A DNA stretch of 64,000 nucleotides from an uncultured Acidobacteriota bacterium (GCA_963796275.1 CAWCKY010000001.1:768001-832000), one strand, 5' to 3'. Counted from the stretch's first letter, positions 32,744-43,397 are shown. Notes: generated from the letters alone by a model not told the origin. Numbers and translations are program-made.

Positions 32744-33574
32744 ATGCAAAATCCTATGCAAATTCCTATTCTGCAGATCGACGCATTCACGCACCAGCCT
32801 TTCAAGGGCAATCCCGCAGCCGTTTGCCTGCTGGATAAGCCGGAAGAGCCCGGTTGGATGCAGAAAGTGGCGATGGAGATGAACCTGTCGGAGACTGCGT
32901 TTGTCGTGCCGCGCGCTGATGGCGGTTTCGATCTGCGCTGGTTTACTCCGACCATCGAGGTCCCTCTCTGCGGTCATGCGACTCTCGCGAGTTCCCATGC
33001 ATTGTGGGAGACGGGGAAGTTGGCCGCCGATGAAATCGCCCGCTTTTCCACGTTGAGCGGATGGCTGACGGCAAAGAGAACCGGGGAAACGATCGAGATG
33101 GATTTCCCGGCGATATTCAGCGAGCCGGCGGAACTGCCGCAACCACTCGCGAACGCGCTCGGCCTTGATCCCAAGGATGTCATCTGTCATCGCGCGCGCA
33201 CTAAGCAAAACGGCAACATACTGCTGCAACTGAAAGCGGAAGAGTCGGTGCGAGAGCTCAGGCCGGATTTTGAATTCCTGCGGGGACACGCCGCCTCAGG
33301 CGTGATTGTCACCGCTCGCGGCACTTCATCGACTTATGATTTCGTCTCACGCTTCTTCGCCGGTTATGCGGGGATTGACGAGGATCCCGTCACCGGTAGC
33401 GCTCACTGTATGCTCGGGCCATATTGGTCGACCAGGCTCGGCAAAACCGAAATGAGTGCCTATCAGGCTTCGGCGCGCGGAGGCGAAGTTGATGTCAGAG
33501 TGCTGGGTGACCGCATCGGGCTCGGCGGGCGTGCCGTGACGGTCTTACGAGGGAGTTTGATATACCATCGATGA
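32744..33574 (+). CDS. PhzF-family isomerase
   Basis: DAFT..PFKGNPAAV, NLSETAF, LCGHATLA, EDPVTGSA. Confidence 0.93.
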   Translation: MQNPMQIPILQIDAFTHQPFKGNPAAVCLLDKPEEPGWMQKVAMEMNLSETAFVVPRADGGFDLRWFTPTIEVPLCGHATLASSHALWETGKLAADEIARFSTLSGWLTAKRTGETIEMDFPAIFSEPAELPQPLANALGLDPKDVICHRARTKQNGNILLQLKAEESVRELRPDFEFLRGHAASGVIVTARGTSSTYDFVSRFFAGYAGIDEDPVTGSAHCMLGPYWSTRLGKTEMSAYQASARGGEVDVRVLGDRIGLGGRAVTVLRGSLIYHR

Positions 33575-34473
33575 ATCAGGCTCTGATCGTTTGGCTCATC
33601 CTCAGCGTTATCTGGGGGACGACGTGGATTTTCATCAAGCTCGGGTTGCGCGATCTTCCGCCGATAACGTTCGCGGGCGTACGGTTTCTGGTTGCCGCCG
33701 CAATTCTCTGGCTGATAGTTCTTTGGCGTCGCCCATCCCTGCCGCGAAAAAGCAGCGACTGGTTGATGATTTCCTGGACGGGCTTTATCGCTTTTGCGGT
33801 GAATTACGGATTGATCTTCTGGGGCGAACAATACATCACTTCCGGGTTGGCAGCGGTCCTGCAATCTACCATACCCGCATTCGGGCTTGTGATAGCTCAT
33901 TTTTATCTGCCCGCTGAACGCATTACGATTCAGAAGCTGGCGGGTGTCGTGCTGGGCATGGCCGGAACAGCGGTCATCTTCTATGATCAGATGACGGTCG
34001 AAGGCACCGATGCGTTTTGGGGCAGCCTGGCATTGGTCATCAGTTCATGTTGCGTCGCTTATTCGAATGTCCTCGTGAAAGCGCGCTGCCGGCATATAGA
34101 GACGGCAACCCTTGCAGCCGGACAGATGACATTCGGCCTGGTGCCGCTGCTCGTCGTGGGTGCGGTTTGGGAAGGCAATCCATTCAAATTGCAATGGACG
34201 ACGCAGGCCATGGTTTCGCTCATCTATCTGGCGCTGATCGGTTCAGCAATCGCTTTTTTCCTCTACTACTGGCTGGTTAAGAGAGTCGCGGTGACGAAGA
34301 CAATGTTGATATCACTGGTCACACCTGTGATCGCGCTGCTAATCGGGATGGTGACTCTCAGCGAAAATGTAACGTGGCGTGTTGTAATGGGTAGCACCGC
34401 GATACTGGCCGGGATTTCACTGATTGTAATAGAACGGCGTTCCCTCAACCGATGTCGTGAGGAGAAACAGTGA
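33571..34473 (+). CDS. EamA/DMT family transporter
   Basis: About 10 TM segments, IWGTTW..IK, PPITFAGVRF. Confidence 0.9.
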   Translation: MNQALIVWLILSVIWGTTWIFIKLGLRDLPPITFAGVRFLVAAAILWLIVLWRRPSLPRKSSDWLMISWTGFIAFAVNYGLIFWGEQYITSGLAAVLQSTIPAFGLVIAHFYLPAERITIQKLAGVVLGMAGTAVIFYDQMTVEGTDAFWGSLALVISSCCVAYSNVLVKARCRHIETATLAAGQMTFGLVPLLVVGAVWEGNPFKLQWTTQAMVSLIYLALIGSAIAFFLYYWLVKRVAVTKTMLISLVTPVIALLIGMVTLSENVTWRVVMGSTAILAGISLIVIERRSLNRCREEKQ

Positions 34474-34853
34474 CAAAAGGGCAAATTGTTCCCTCCTTGC
34501 CCTTTTTCGTGACGCTCAGCATTTCAATCCGCCTCAGCTCATCTAACCTCGCATTTTCTTGTTCGTTGTCTTTTTTCGCACTTCGATGGTTATGTGCAAC
34601 ATCAACACCTACGTGCGTTTCAGTCAGCACGAATTGATGGGTATCAACAATTCTAAAACATTCATGATAGCGCTCACTGCAAATCCGATTGCTACTATCC
34701 AATCTGACTCGCGCCATTGCGCAAATATCTAGAGAAATACATGGCAACGCCTCTACCCATGATAAAAATTGTGGTTATTTAGAATAAAGAAGAGAAGACC
34801 CTACTCTATAGGGTTGGGAAGAGATTGGTTCGTGAATGTGTTTTGTTGGTATA

Positions 34854-34926
34854 TGAGGGCGGAAGGGCTCGAACCTTCGACCCAGAGATTAAGAGTCTCT
34901 TGCTCTACCAACTGAGCTACGCCCCC
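34854..34926 (-). tRNA. tRNA-Lys(CTT), CCA not encoded
   Basis: GGGGGCGTAGCTCAGTTGGTAGAGCAAGAGACT-CTT-AATCTCTGGGTCGAAGGTTCGAGCCCTTCCGCCCTCA; canonical cloverleaf. Confidence 0.97.
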
Positions 34927-35029
34927 TCGTTGCAATCCAATTTTGAATGAAAATCAATGATCCAATTTTGCTTGAGATGCTCGAAAACTGCCATTTCAAC
35001 GGTGTTTCCGTACTCAAAAGCTGTGACGC

Positions 35030-35058
35030 ATTTTAGATCCGTTTGCCAGCTTAGTCAA
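35030..35058 (-). promoter_or_regulatory. sigma70 promoter for tRNA-Lys
   Basis: Minus strand TTGACT-17 bp-TAAAAT about 100 nt upstream of the tRNA. Confidence 0.7.
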
Positions 35059-35386
35059 TAACAAACGAATATTTACACTGTGATAAATAGCGCTGTTTTG
35101 TATATCTCGCGATGAAGACGATTGAAATCCACCAACCATTATTAGGCGATAGGCGAGCATATCGTGTCAAAGAGAATTTTGAAGAGTCGTCCCCATCTGA
35201 TCCTTTTTGTCGACATTCCACAACATCCATAAATATTTCAACACTGCCATCGACATCACCAGAGTAGGCGGTTATGTAAAATGGGATTCTCGGTATTTGA
35301 TTTGTTTGTCAGCGAATAGTGATACTATGTCACAAAAACGCCTCGATTTCTTAGGAAATCGAGAGATGTTCAACTGATATTCAAAA

Positions 35387-35507
35387 GATGGCGGAGCTTT
35401 TGGAGTTGCGAACTGCAACGATTGGTATCATTACAGAGTAGCTCAGAGGGGCATCCTTTCACATTACGTATGGTAGCTTGCTACCGCATTCCAAAGGCTC
35501 CGCCATC
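35387..35507. repeat. REP-like inverted doublet
   Basis: 18-bp terminal inverted repeat GATGGCGGAGCTTTTGGA / TCCAAAGGCTCCGCCATC with inner GGTAGCTTGCTACC palindrome. Confidence 0.65.
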
Positions 35508-35901
35508 CCAGCGCGGTACACAGATCGCATATGCGAATTTCCAAGGAAATTCGAGAATTTTGTGACTCATGTGGCACAGTAGTAATAGCGCAACGCGCAC
35601 TTTTCAATTACAAGCACAGTTTGTCACCGCGGTGGCTATACGCTAGTCCGTTCCCGGTTCTCGGTAACTTGCAGAGTGGAAAGCGGTGGCTCTTCTCCGA
35701 CTACAAATATCCAGCTGAAACTGACGCGCCTTTTCGTCCGTCTATGCAACGGGCGACCGCCTGCTTGTACTGAAGACCCAATCAACCGCGCACGTGCAAT
35801 GACAATGTGAATGGTTGCGATCCAAGTGATGTGTGACCGCGCTGTTTCGGCCGCACGGATTACTTTGAGCGTGGAATTAACGATTGAAGAGAAAGTAAAG
35901 A

Positions 35902-37364
35902 TTGAAGAGCGATTTAATGGAGTCCAGGATGAAATTATTGTTCGCACGAATGATCCCCGCCTTATCCCTCGTCCCCTTCATTGGTTTGATTTCTTTCGCC
36001 CAGCCGCCGCAAAGAGAGCTAACGCCGGAACAGCAAGCGCAGCGCCAGGATTTGCGTGAGGCGACGCTCAAGGACCATCAGCAGATGTTGGAACAGTTAA
36101 AGATCACTTCATTGCGGCCCGGCGCTAACCCGAACGACCCGAACGCGCCTAACGCCGTCAATTACGACGAAGCGAAGGCCAATCCATATTCGAAGCTCCC
36201 CGACCCGTTGGTTTTGAAGAATGGGAAAAGAGTCACCTCGGCGAAGTTGTGGTGGAATCGGCGCCGACCCGAAATCGTCGAGGATTTCGACCGTGAAGTC
36301 TACGGGCGCGTGCCTAAGAACGTCCCGGCAGTGAAGTGGGAAGTCGTTAGCAGCGTCAACGAGACGAAATTCGGCATCCCCGTCATTACAAAGCAAATCG
36401 TCGGTCACGTGGACAATTCGTCTTACTCGGAGACCAGCGTTGATATTCAATTGACTCTGACGACGCCGGCGAATGCGCTCGGGGCGGTGCCGGTAATGAT
36501 GGAATTCGGATTCGTTTTCCCGCGTCCGCCCGCGAATACGCCGAATGCGAATCGAAGAGCATTGCCTGAACCGACATGGCAGAAGCAGTTGTTCAGCCAG
36601 GGTTGGGGCTTCGCGAGCCTCATCCCGACCAGCATCCAGGCCGATAACGGCGCAGGATTGACCAAAGGCATAATAGGCCTCGTCAACAAGGGGCAGCCCC
36701 GCCAGCCCGCTGACTGGGGGGCTTTGCGCGCGTGGGCGTGGGGAGCGAGTCGCGCGCTGGACTATTTGGAAACCGACAAGGCCGTGAATGCCAGGCAGGT
36801 TGGCATCGAAGGCTTGTCGCGGTATGGCAAGGCGGCACTCGTCACAATGGCCTACGACCAGCGCTTCGCCATCGGCTTCATTGGCTCATCAGGCGAAGGC
36901 GGCGCGAAATTGCACCGGCGTAACTTCGGCGAACTTGTAGAGAATCTCACAGGATCGGGCGAGTATCACTGGATGGCGGGGAACTTCATCAAATACGGAG
37001 GGCCGTTGACGGCTGATGACCTGCCGGTGGACGCGCACGAATTGATCGCCCTGTGCGCACCCCGGCCGACATTCATCAGCTACGGTGCTGCGGAGGGGCA
37101 AGGTGCGGAAGGTAAATGGGTGGACCAGCGGGGCAGCTTCATGGCCGCGGTCGCGGCAGGGCCGGTGTTCCGCTTGCTGGGCAAAAAAGATCTCGGGACG
37201 ACAGAAATACCAGCGATCGACATCGCACTGCTGGATGGCGATCTGGCATGGCGTCAGCACAGCGGCGGCCATACGGTCGTGCCGAATTGGCCCACGTTCC
37301 TGATCTTCGCCAGCCGTTACATCAAGGGGCTCCGCTTTCGTCAGCACCGCAAACCTCAAAGTGA
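35902..37364 (+). CDS. Secreted CE15-type (glucuronoyl/acetylxylan esterase-like) hydrolase; probable 3' frameshift
   Basis: WGALRAWAWGASRALDYL, GLSRYGK nucleophile motif, DAHELIALCAPRP, HSGGH. Adding one G to the G-run at 37326-37329 ends the protein ...GAPLSSAPQTSK* at 37364 instead of 37545. Confidence 0.8.
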
Positions 37365-37792
37365 AGGGAAAAGCTGGCGTTTGCGCAGCCCGTATTGGCC
37401 TTGCACGAATACGCGGATCACATCTGGGTTCTTGATCACCGGCACCGGGAGGATGATGGTCCGGGAAAACGCAACGAATAGCTTCAGAAACGCGGGCGCA
37501 CCCTGGTTCAGAGAGGGAATCTCATTGATCTACTCGCCCCTGTAATCGAAGGCGTCCTGGTGAGTCGGGATCGTGGATTCCTGAGTTGCGGATGTAGCGG
37601 AGAATCTCGTCAGAATCGCTCGAACAGAATTTCGATGACTGAAAATTGGTTTTCTTGTGTTTGTGGGCTTAACTTTTTCCCCTGATCAAATAGTACTGAT
37701 GTCGGAGAAGACTTTGGAGGAACCCGTCGACTCCGAGGTTAAGCGTCTTTTTCTCTAGCAGCGAGCTACGCCTCCATACGTCAGACGATATT

Positions 37793-38080
37793 TCAGATTC
37801 GAAGCTCTTTTACAAGCTGTGAGCGCAATTCCTGCTCGCGCAGCATCGCGTTGCGCAATAATTGTTGGTGATGCGTCACTGAACGTTCAGCTTGTACAAG
37901 TTCTTCTCGTAGCGAGCGAACCTCATTCTGAAGTTGTGAAATGTAGGCTAGCGCACGTCGCAATCGCTGCTCCGGCGCCATTTCAAAAACAGAGACATTG
38001 TTTGGCTGCTTTTCGAACTGTTTCTCAAGGAGTTCTGTTTCGGGTTCGGGTTGATTGAGTAATTGAATCGCTGCGCTCAT
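37793..38080 (-). CDS. Small coiled-coil hypothetical protein
   Basis: AGGAG SD; heptad pattern in ISQLQNEVRSLREELVQAE. Confidence 0.65.
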   Translation of the reverse strand: MSAAIQLLNQPEPETELLEKQFEKQPNNVSVFEMAPEQRLRRALAYISQLQNEVRSLREELVQAERSVTHHQQLLRNAMLREQELRSQLVKELRI

Positions 38081-38650
38081 TTTTGTCTATCTCCTGGTTG
38101 CTTTGCTCTATAAGTCTATCGATCTATTGAATTCATTCTTTCAGTCTATTTTGATTTCGCTTCACTCGAATCTCACCATAATTGAATGGTTTTATACCAT
38201 AAATATGACGCGACTCGTAGTGGCAATGCCTTGGAATCTCATCATCATCTATGTTAACCAACAAGCATCCCAGACAAAACAATTTGGAGGAGGAATACAG
38301 AAGGGCGACTTAGACCAGGATTGCCATAAAATTGGGGCGGCGGAGGTTTTGCCCGGCAATCAAATTTGGGCTATAACTCTTAACAAACTCTCCATCTTCT
38401 AAATATCAAATTGAGAAGCGGCGTCGCACTCTAATGTCAAGATTCTCGCAATCTCTATCGCGAAAATATCCATTGATTCATCGAATATAGTTTTTTATAT
38501 CAGGATTTACGACTTCTGATTTTGGGGCATTCGAGCCACGGCTGAATATAACACATACACCTTGAGCCGTGAAATAATTTTTGTAATGTTGATAAATTTT
38601 TTCCCTTGATTGATGGGCCAGCCCATCATCATCGCATGGAGGTCGATCTC

Positions 38651-38738
38651 GTTTGGAGTTCCGCGTTTACGCGGTCACCTCTCTTTTCGCATGATTGCCG
38701 ACGGACTGAGAGCGGAACTCCATGCGACGGCTCCAAAC
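38651..38738. repeat. REP-like doublet upstream of folD
   Basis: GGAGTTCCGC / GCGGAACTCC inverted pair with internal CCGCGTTTACGCGG hairpin. Confidence 0.55.
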
Positions 38739-38897
38739 AACGGCTTAATGCGTGGTGTCAGAGTTAAGCCGCCTTAAGACGATACAACATGGCGGGCAGC
38801 AGTTGAATTTGTGTTAAGATCAATAATCAACCTTGTGGAAATACCTGTGGAAAATACCAATTGATGGAAAATACCAATAGATGGAAAGGTATGTTAA

Positions 38898-39830
38898 ATG
38901 TCGGTCAAAGTGTTGAATGGAGTAGAGGTTGCTGAAGGGATCAAGCGGGATACGGAGGCGCGAATCCGTGAACTTAACGACCTTGGAATTAAGCCGGGCC
39001 TGGCTGCGGTGCTAGTCGGCGATAATCAGGCCTCGAAGGTATATGTCGCGAGTAAGGTTAGGGCCTGTCAGGCGCTCGGACTTCATTCTGAAAGATACGA
39101 ACTATCAGCGGAAACGACGACTAGAGAGCTACTGAGGTTGGTGATTGAGCTCAATGCGCGCGATGAGGTAGATGGAATTCTCATCCAGTTGCCGCTGCCG
39201 GCGCAGATCGATACCCATCGGATCCTCGAAGCTGTCGATCCGGCCAAAGATGTTGACGGGTTTCATCCGGTAAATGTCGGCCGACTGGTGCGCGGCGTAG
39301 AGGCGCTGGTCGCCTGCACCCCCGCAGGTGTGATTGAAATGCTCGATTATTACCAGATACCCGATCGCGGGTTCTCATGCGGTTGTAATCGGAAGGAGCG
39401 ACATCGTAGGGAAACCTATGTCATTTCTTCTCCTTCATCGGAACGCCACGGTCACTATCTGTCACTCCCGGACGCGCGATTTACCGGCGATCGCGCGGCA
39501 AGCTGATATCCTGATTGCCGCTATCGGCCAGACGGCGATGATCACCGCGGATTATGTGCGGGAGGGCGCCGTCGTCGTAGACGTCGGAATGAATAAGGCC
39601 ACGACGGAAGAGGAGATCAGACGGATTTTCCCAGAAGATGCTATTCAGAAGCGATTGGAGGATCTGGAAAAACGCGGCTACACGCTGGTAGGCGATGTTG
39701 AGCCGAGAACTGTTGTCGAGCGAGCGTCCTGGTTGACCCCTGTTCCTGGCGGAGTCGGACCGCTAACTATTGCAATGCTCATGAAAAATACCGTTCGTGC
39801 GGCCGAAATGAGGAGAATCTGGGGTGACGG
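38898..39830 (+). CDS. folD: Bifunctional methylene-THF dehydrogenase/cyclohydrolase, split by a frameshift (3' end approximate)
   Basis: First frame has [22 protein letters not shown]; second frame has [24 protein letters not shown]. Removing one C from CCC 39360-39362 joins them. Confidence 0.92.
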
Positions 39831-39970
39831 AGCAACTGAGCAACGAGGGCGCTTAGGGTGGGGAGGGTGGGATATAGACGGACAGGCAAATTTTAACTTC
39901 CTCATCGGCCCCGTTGTCCCGTCGCCTTGTTTCGATGGCCTCCTGTTCTCCTTCCCCCCATCGGAAGGCT

Positions 39971-40588
39971 ATGCTCAAAATTGGACTTACAGGCGGAATT
40001 GCTACGGGCAAATCGTATGTCCTTAGTCTTCTGCAGGGATTAGGCTGCGAGGTGATAGACGCCGACGCCATCGCGCATCGTGTGATCGAGCCCGGTCAGC
40101 CTGCGTTCGATGAGATCCTCGATCATTTCGGAGTCGGAGTACTCGATACTGGTGGAAAGATCGATCGGTCGAAGCTGGGGGCAATCGTTTTTAATGACCG
40201 GAGCCAGCGTGCGCAACTAAACTCAATCGTACACCCGCGCGTCTTTGAAATGCAGGAGCGATGGTTTGCCGAAGTCGAAGAGCGTAATCCTGATGCCATC
40301 GCTATAGTTGACGCGGCGCTCATGATCGAGACCGGATCATATAGCCGCTACGATAAACTGATCGTGGTCCACTGCCTGCCTGATCTACAACTTCAACGAT
40401 TGATTGCTCGCAACAACCTTTCGCGGGAAGAGGCTTTGGTGCGCATCTCAGCCCAGATACCGGCTGAGGAGAAGCTGAAATTTGCGGATTTCACGGTCGA
40501 TACTTCGAACGGATTCGAAGATACACGGCTGCAAGTCATATCGCTTTACACGGAGTTGTGCCGGTTGGCCAAGCTCCGCGAGAAATAG
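39971..40588 (+). CDS. coaE: Dephospho-CoA kinase
   Basis: [27 protein letters not shown]. Confidence 0.94.
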   Translation: MLKIGLTGGIATGKSYVLSLLQGLGCEVIDADAIAHRVIEPGQPAFDEILDHFGVGVLDTGGKIDRSKLGAIVFNDRSQRAQLNSIVHPRVFEMQERWFAEVEERNPDAIAIVDAALMIETGSYSRYDKLIVVHCLPDLQLQRLIARNNLSREEALVRISAQIPAEEKLKFADFTVDTSNGFEDTRLQVISLYTELCRLAKLREK

Positions 40589-40597
40589 AGAGGTGGA

Positions 40598-41719
40598 ATG
40601 TCACAACAATCACTAAGGGCGACTGGCGAAGGAACGGCGAGATATAAAGACCGCTTTTCCGGTATTCTTGCTGACGGCCATTTCCGCAAGTCGCAAGGTT
40701 TATGGCACTCGTCCATCGGACTCGGCACTTATCTCGGCGGAACGGACGAGCGAACGGATGAGGCCTATCGCGCGGCGACCAAACGGGCTACCGAGTTGGG
40801 GTGCAATGTTTTTGACTCGGCGGCCAATTACCGCTGCCAGCGCAGCGAGCGCAATGTTGGTGATGCGCTCCTCGATCTCTTCTCACTGGGGAAGTTCACG
40901 CGCGATGAGGTGATCGTCGCTTCCAAGGCAGGGTTCATCGCCTTCGACACGGACCCACCGCGCAGCAGACAGGAGATGATCGATTATCTGGAAAAAACAT
41001 TCATAAACCCGGGCATCTGCCGATGGGATGACTTCGTCGACGGGAGTCATTGTATGACGCCGCCTTACCTCGCGCATGAGCTTGAACAGAGTCTGCGAAA
41101 CCTCAAGCTAGACTGTATCGATATTTATTATCTCCATAACCCTGAATCGCAACTTGCCCGGGTTCCGCGCGGAGAGTTTTACCAGAGATTAGGCCGCGCC
41201 TTCGAATTCCTGGAGACAGCGGTCGAAGCGGGAAAAATCGCAAGTTATGGGACGGCGACATGGAATGGATACCGAATATCGCCCGATAAATCAGATTACC
41301 TATCCTTGGAGGCGGTGGTAGGTGTAGCTCGTGAGGTGGCTGGCGATAGGCATCACTTCAAGGTAATTCAGCTGCCGGTCAATATAATGATGCTTGAAGC
41401 GTTCACGGACGTTAACCAGCCATTGGCTGGTAGGAACTATGCTTTTCTGGAAGCGGCCGCCGATCTTGGCATAACAGTCATGTCGAGCGCTTCAATTCTT
41501 CAATCCCGGTTGGCCTCTGGTCTGGACCCGATCATCAGGGATGGCTTGCCAGGGTTCAGGACGGATGCACAGATGGCCATTCAATTCACGCGATCGACGC
41601 CCGAACTGACGACGGCTCTGATCGGAATGAGTAACGTGTTACACGTCGAGGAAAACCTGGAGGTCGCAAAGACGCCTCCATTGACACCAGAGGATTATCT
41701 GAAGTTTTTCAAAGTGTAA
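40598..41719 (+). CDS. Aldo/keto reductase
   Basis: IGLGTY, FDSAANY, SLRNLKLDCIDIYYLHNP. Confidence 0.9.
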   Translation: MSQQSLRATGEGTARYKDRFSGILADGHFRKSQGLWHSSIGLGTYLGGTDERTDEAYRAATKRATELGCNVFDSAANYRCQRSERNVGDALLDLFSLGKFTRDEVIVASKAGFIAFDTDPPRSRQEMIDYLEKTFINPGICRWDDFVDGSHCMTPPYLAHELEQSLRNLKLDCIDIYYLHNPESQLARVPRGEFYQRLGRAFEFLETAVEAGKIASYGTATWNGYRISPDKSDYLSLEAVVGVAREVAGDRHHFKVIQLPVNIMMLEAFTDVNQPLAGRNYAFLEAAADLGITVMSSASILQSRLASGLDPIIRDGLPGFRTDAQMAIQFTRSTPELTTALIGMSNVLHVEENLEVAKTPPLTPEDYLKFFKV

Positions 41720-41722
41720 CTA

Positions 41723-42952
41723 TCAGGGTTGCGGCCGGCCGTTATCGGCTTGCACCCGGATATAACTTAGCAGCAGGCTTAAGTTACTGAAGCGAGCGAA
41801 GAGAATCTCTCTATCTTTTCCGTTCAGGTTAAACACTATCGCCACATTCCTCAGTATCTCCGCCCCGGCGACCAGATTCTCGGGCGTAAAGGTACTCCTC
41901 ACTGCCGCCAGATCATTTTCCGCTTCCAGGCGCGCTGCCTTCGATCGGATTTCAGAAAGGCTCGGACGCAGTAAGCCCTGTGGATCGCTGACTGCCCGAG
42001 TATAGAAATCATCGATATCTTTGGCGGTGATCGGGACGAGTGGCTGGCGGTCCTGAGGATAAAGCAACGTCACCATCGCCCATACTATTCCGCCATTGAG
42101 ATAAACTTTTTTCCGGTTAATCAGGCCGGGCCTCTTTTCCAGTTCACGTTGCAGAGGCTCGCGAACAGACTTACCGCTCAATATTTGTGCTTGACTGGCG
42201 AATTTCTTGATATCAGCACCTGCACCTGCCTCTTTTTCTACTTCATCCGAGAAACCGATCGTCCCCTGAGGAATTCCGAATGTGAAGAACACATTTTCGG
42301 GTTTGCCTTTCGGTAGAATTCGAATCTGCTGATAGCCGCCTTTGATATTACCGCTGCCGACATCTACCAACACTGACATTCCCCGGTTATCGAACCAAGT
42401 CGCTCTGTCTTGATAACGCCGGGGGATCGTGCCAGCGATACTGAGGCTCGCTTCAGACTGCATGTCGAGTAAAGCTACATTCTTACCGGTTTTATTAGTT
42501 ATCGTTTTTGTAAGTTCTCCGGTGTTGTCCGCGATGAGATCGCTGCAAATGATAATATAAATCTGCTCTCTGAGAATTTGATGCTCTTGTTGCATCCGCT
42601 TGTAGAGCGTATCTACTAACTGAGAGATGTTGATGATAGCTTCATCGGTCAAATTCCCATCTTTGTATTGAGCCAGCTTGTTATTTATTACTTCAGTGGA
42701 GATTATTTTTACTCTACCGCTGGATTCGGAAATCTGGATAGCAATAGATTTAATACTTTTAGATCCTATCTCAATTCCGCCATGCAACTCACTTCGATTA
42801 TTTTGTTTCCGGTTAAGTGGGTGTCCTTTAGTAGTGAGTAGTAGATTGAGGCTCAGTGTTCCTATAGAAAGAGTAACAAAAAAAATAATGTGCAACTTCA
42901 GGGTCAGGAGATATGAAAACCGCTCTCTTAACCCAGTAACCCCTACGAGCAT
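41723..42952 (-). CDS. Membrane-anchored Ppx/GppA-like (ASKHA fold) hypothetical protein
   Basis: N-terminal TM; GGIEIGSKSIK and LVDVGSGNIKGG resemble the two ASKHA phosphate loops; AGGAG SD. Confidence 0.6.
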   Translation of the reverse strand: MLVGVTGLRERFSYLLTLKLHIIFFVTLSIGTLSLNLLLTTKGHPLNRKQNNRSELHGGIEIGSKSIKSIAIQISESSGRVKIISTEVINNKLAQYKDGNLTDEAIINISQLVDTLYKRMQQEHQILREQIYIIICSDLIADNTGELTKTITNKTGKNVALLDMQSEASLSIAGTIPRRYQDRATWFDNRGMSVLVDVGSGNIKGGYQQIRILPKGKPENVFFTFGIPQGTIGFSDEVEKEAGAGADIKKFASQAQILSGKSVREPLQRELEKRPGLINRKKVYLNGGIVWAMVTLLYPQDRQPLVPITAKDIDDFYTRAVSDPQGLLRPSLSEIRSKAARLEAENDLAAVRSTFTPENLVAGAEILRNVAIVFNLNGKDREILFARFSNLSLLLSYIRVQADNGRPQP

Positions 42953-43116
42953 CTCACAATTCTCCTTTTTAGCTTACGACCGGCATGCTCAAAGTGGGCG
43001 TCGTTGTTGAATATTTATGAGGGCATCCGTGTTTCTAAGTCTTTATCTACGACTAATACTACAGCAGCCTGATCCGGGACGCAAGATATTCAATAATCGC
43101 TTCAAAAACTTTTATA

Positions 43117-43145
43117 TTGACTGTGTTTCTTGCTCGTGTTAAATT
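43117..43145 (+). promoter_or_regulatory. sigma70 promoter with extended -10
   Basis: TTGACT (43117-22), 17 bp spacer with TG at 43137-38, TAAATT (43140-45); AT-rich tract upstream. Confidence 0.7.
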
Positions 43146-43210
43146 CAAAATTCTCGTTGAATAAGACGAGAGGAATGTGTGAGCAGCTAAAAAGCAACTA
43201 AAAAAAAGTT

Positions 43211-43324
43211 ATGGTAATCATTGGTAGATACAATTATATGAATGATCTCCAATTCGCACAGGATCCGCGCACGCGGGTCTGGATGGGTGCAGGATACCGG
43301 AAGAGATTACTTGTCTACCCTTAG
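43211..43324 (+). CDS. Putative attenuator leader peptide MVIIGRYNYMNDLQFAQDPRTRVWMGAGYRKRLLVYP*
   Basis: 37-codon ORF between promoter and terminator; its codons 28-30 (GGATACCGG) are the antiterminator strand. SD is weak. Confidence 0.5.
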   Translation: MVIIGRYNYMNDLQFAQDPRTRVWMGAGYRKRLLVYP

Positions 43325-43347
43325 ATAATCTCCAAATCGGGTTAAAT

Positions 43348-43397
43348 AAACCCCGGCCGGTATCCAAAATAGGAATACCGGCCGGGGTTTTAGTTTT
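43348..43397 (+). terminator. Intrinsic terminator / attenuator
   Basis: Perfect 13-bp stem CCCCGGCCGGTAT (43351-63) / ATACCGGCCGGGG (43375-87) followed by TTTTAGTTTT. Confidence 0.85.

Noticed and set aside
34480-37600. Integrative element at tRNA-Lys
   Set aside because: AT-richer DNA flanks the tRNA, but no integrase and no duplicated tRNA 3' end were found.
38613-38800. ZTP or THF riboswitch upstream of folD
   Set aside because: Alternative pairings exist, but I could not find the aptamer consensus; a REP-like doublet explains the helices. Cmscan would settle it.
38100-38890. Replication origin
   Set aside because: Only one or two DnaA-box matches and no dnaA/dnaN context.
39830-40026. 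C-terminal extension of FolD and N-terminal extension of CoaE
   Set aside because: Both read through an intergenic inverted-repeat cassette; likely an indel or ORF-calling artefact.
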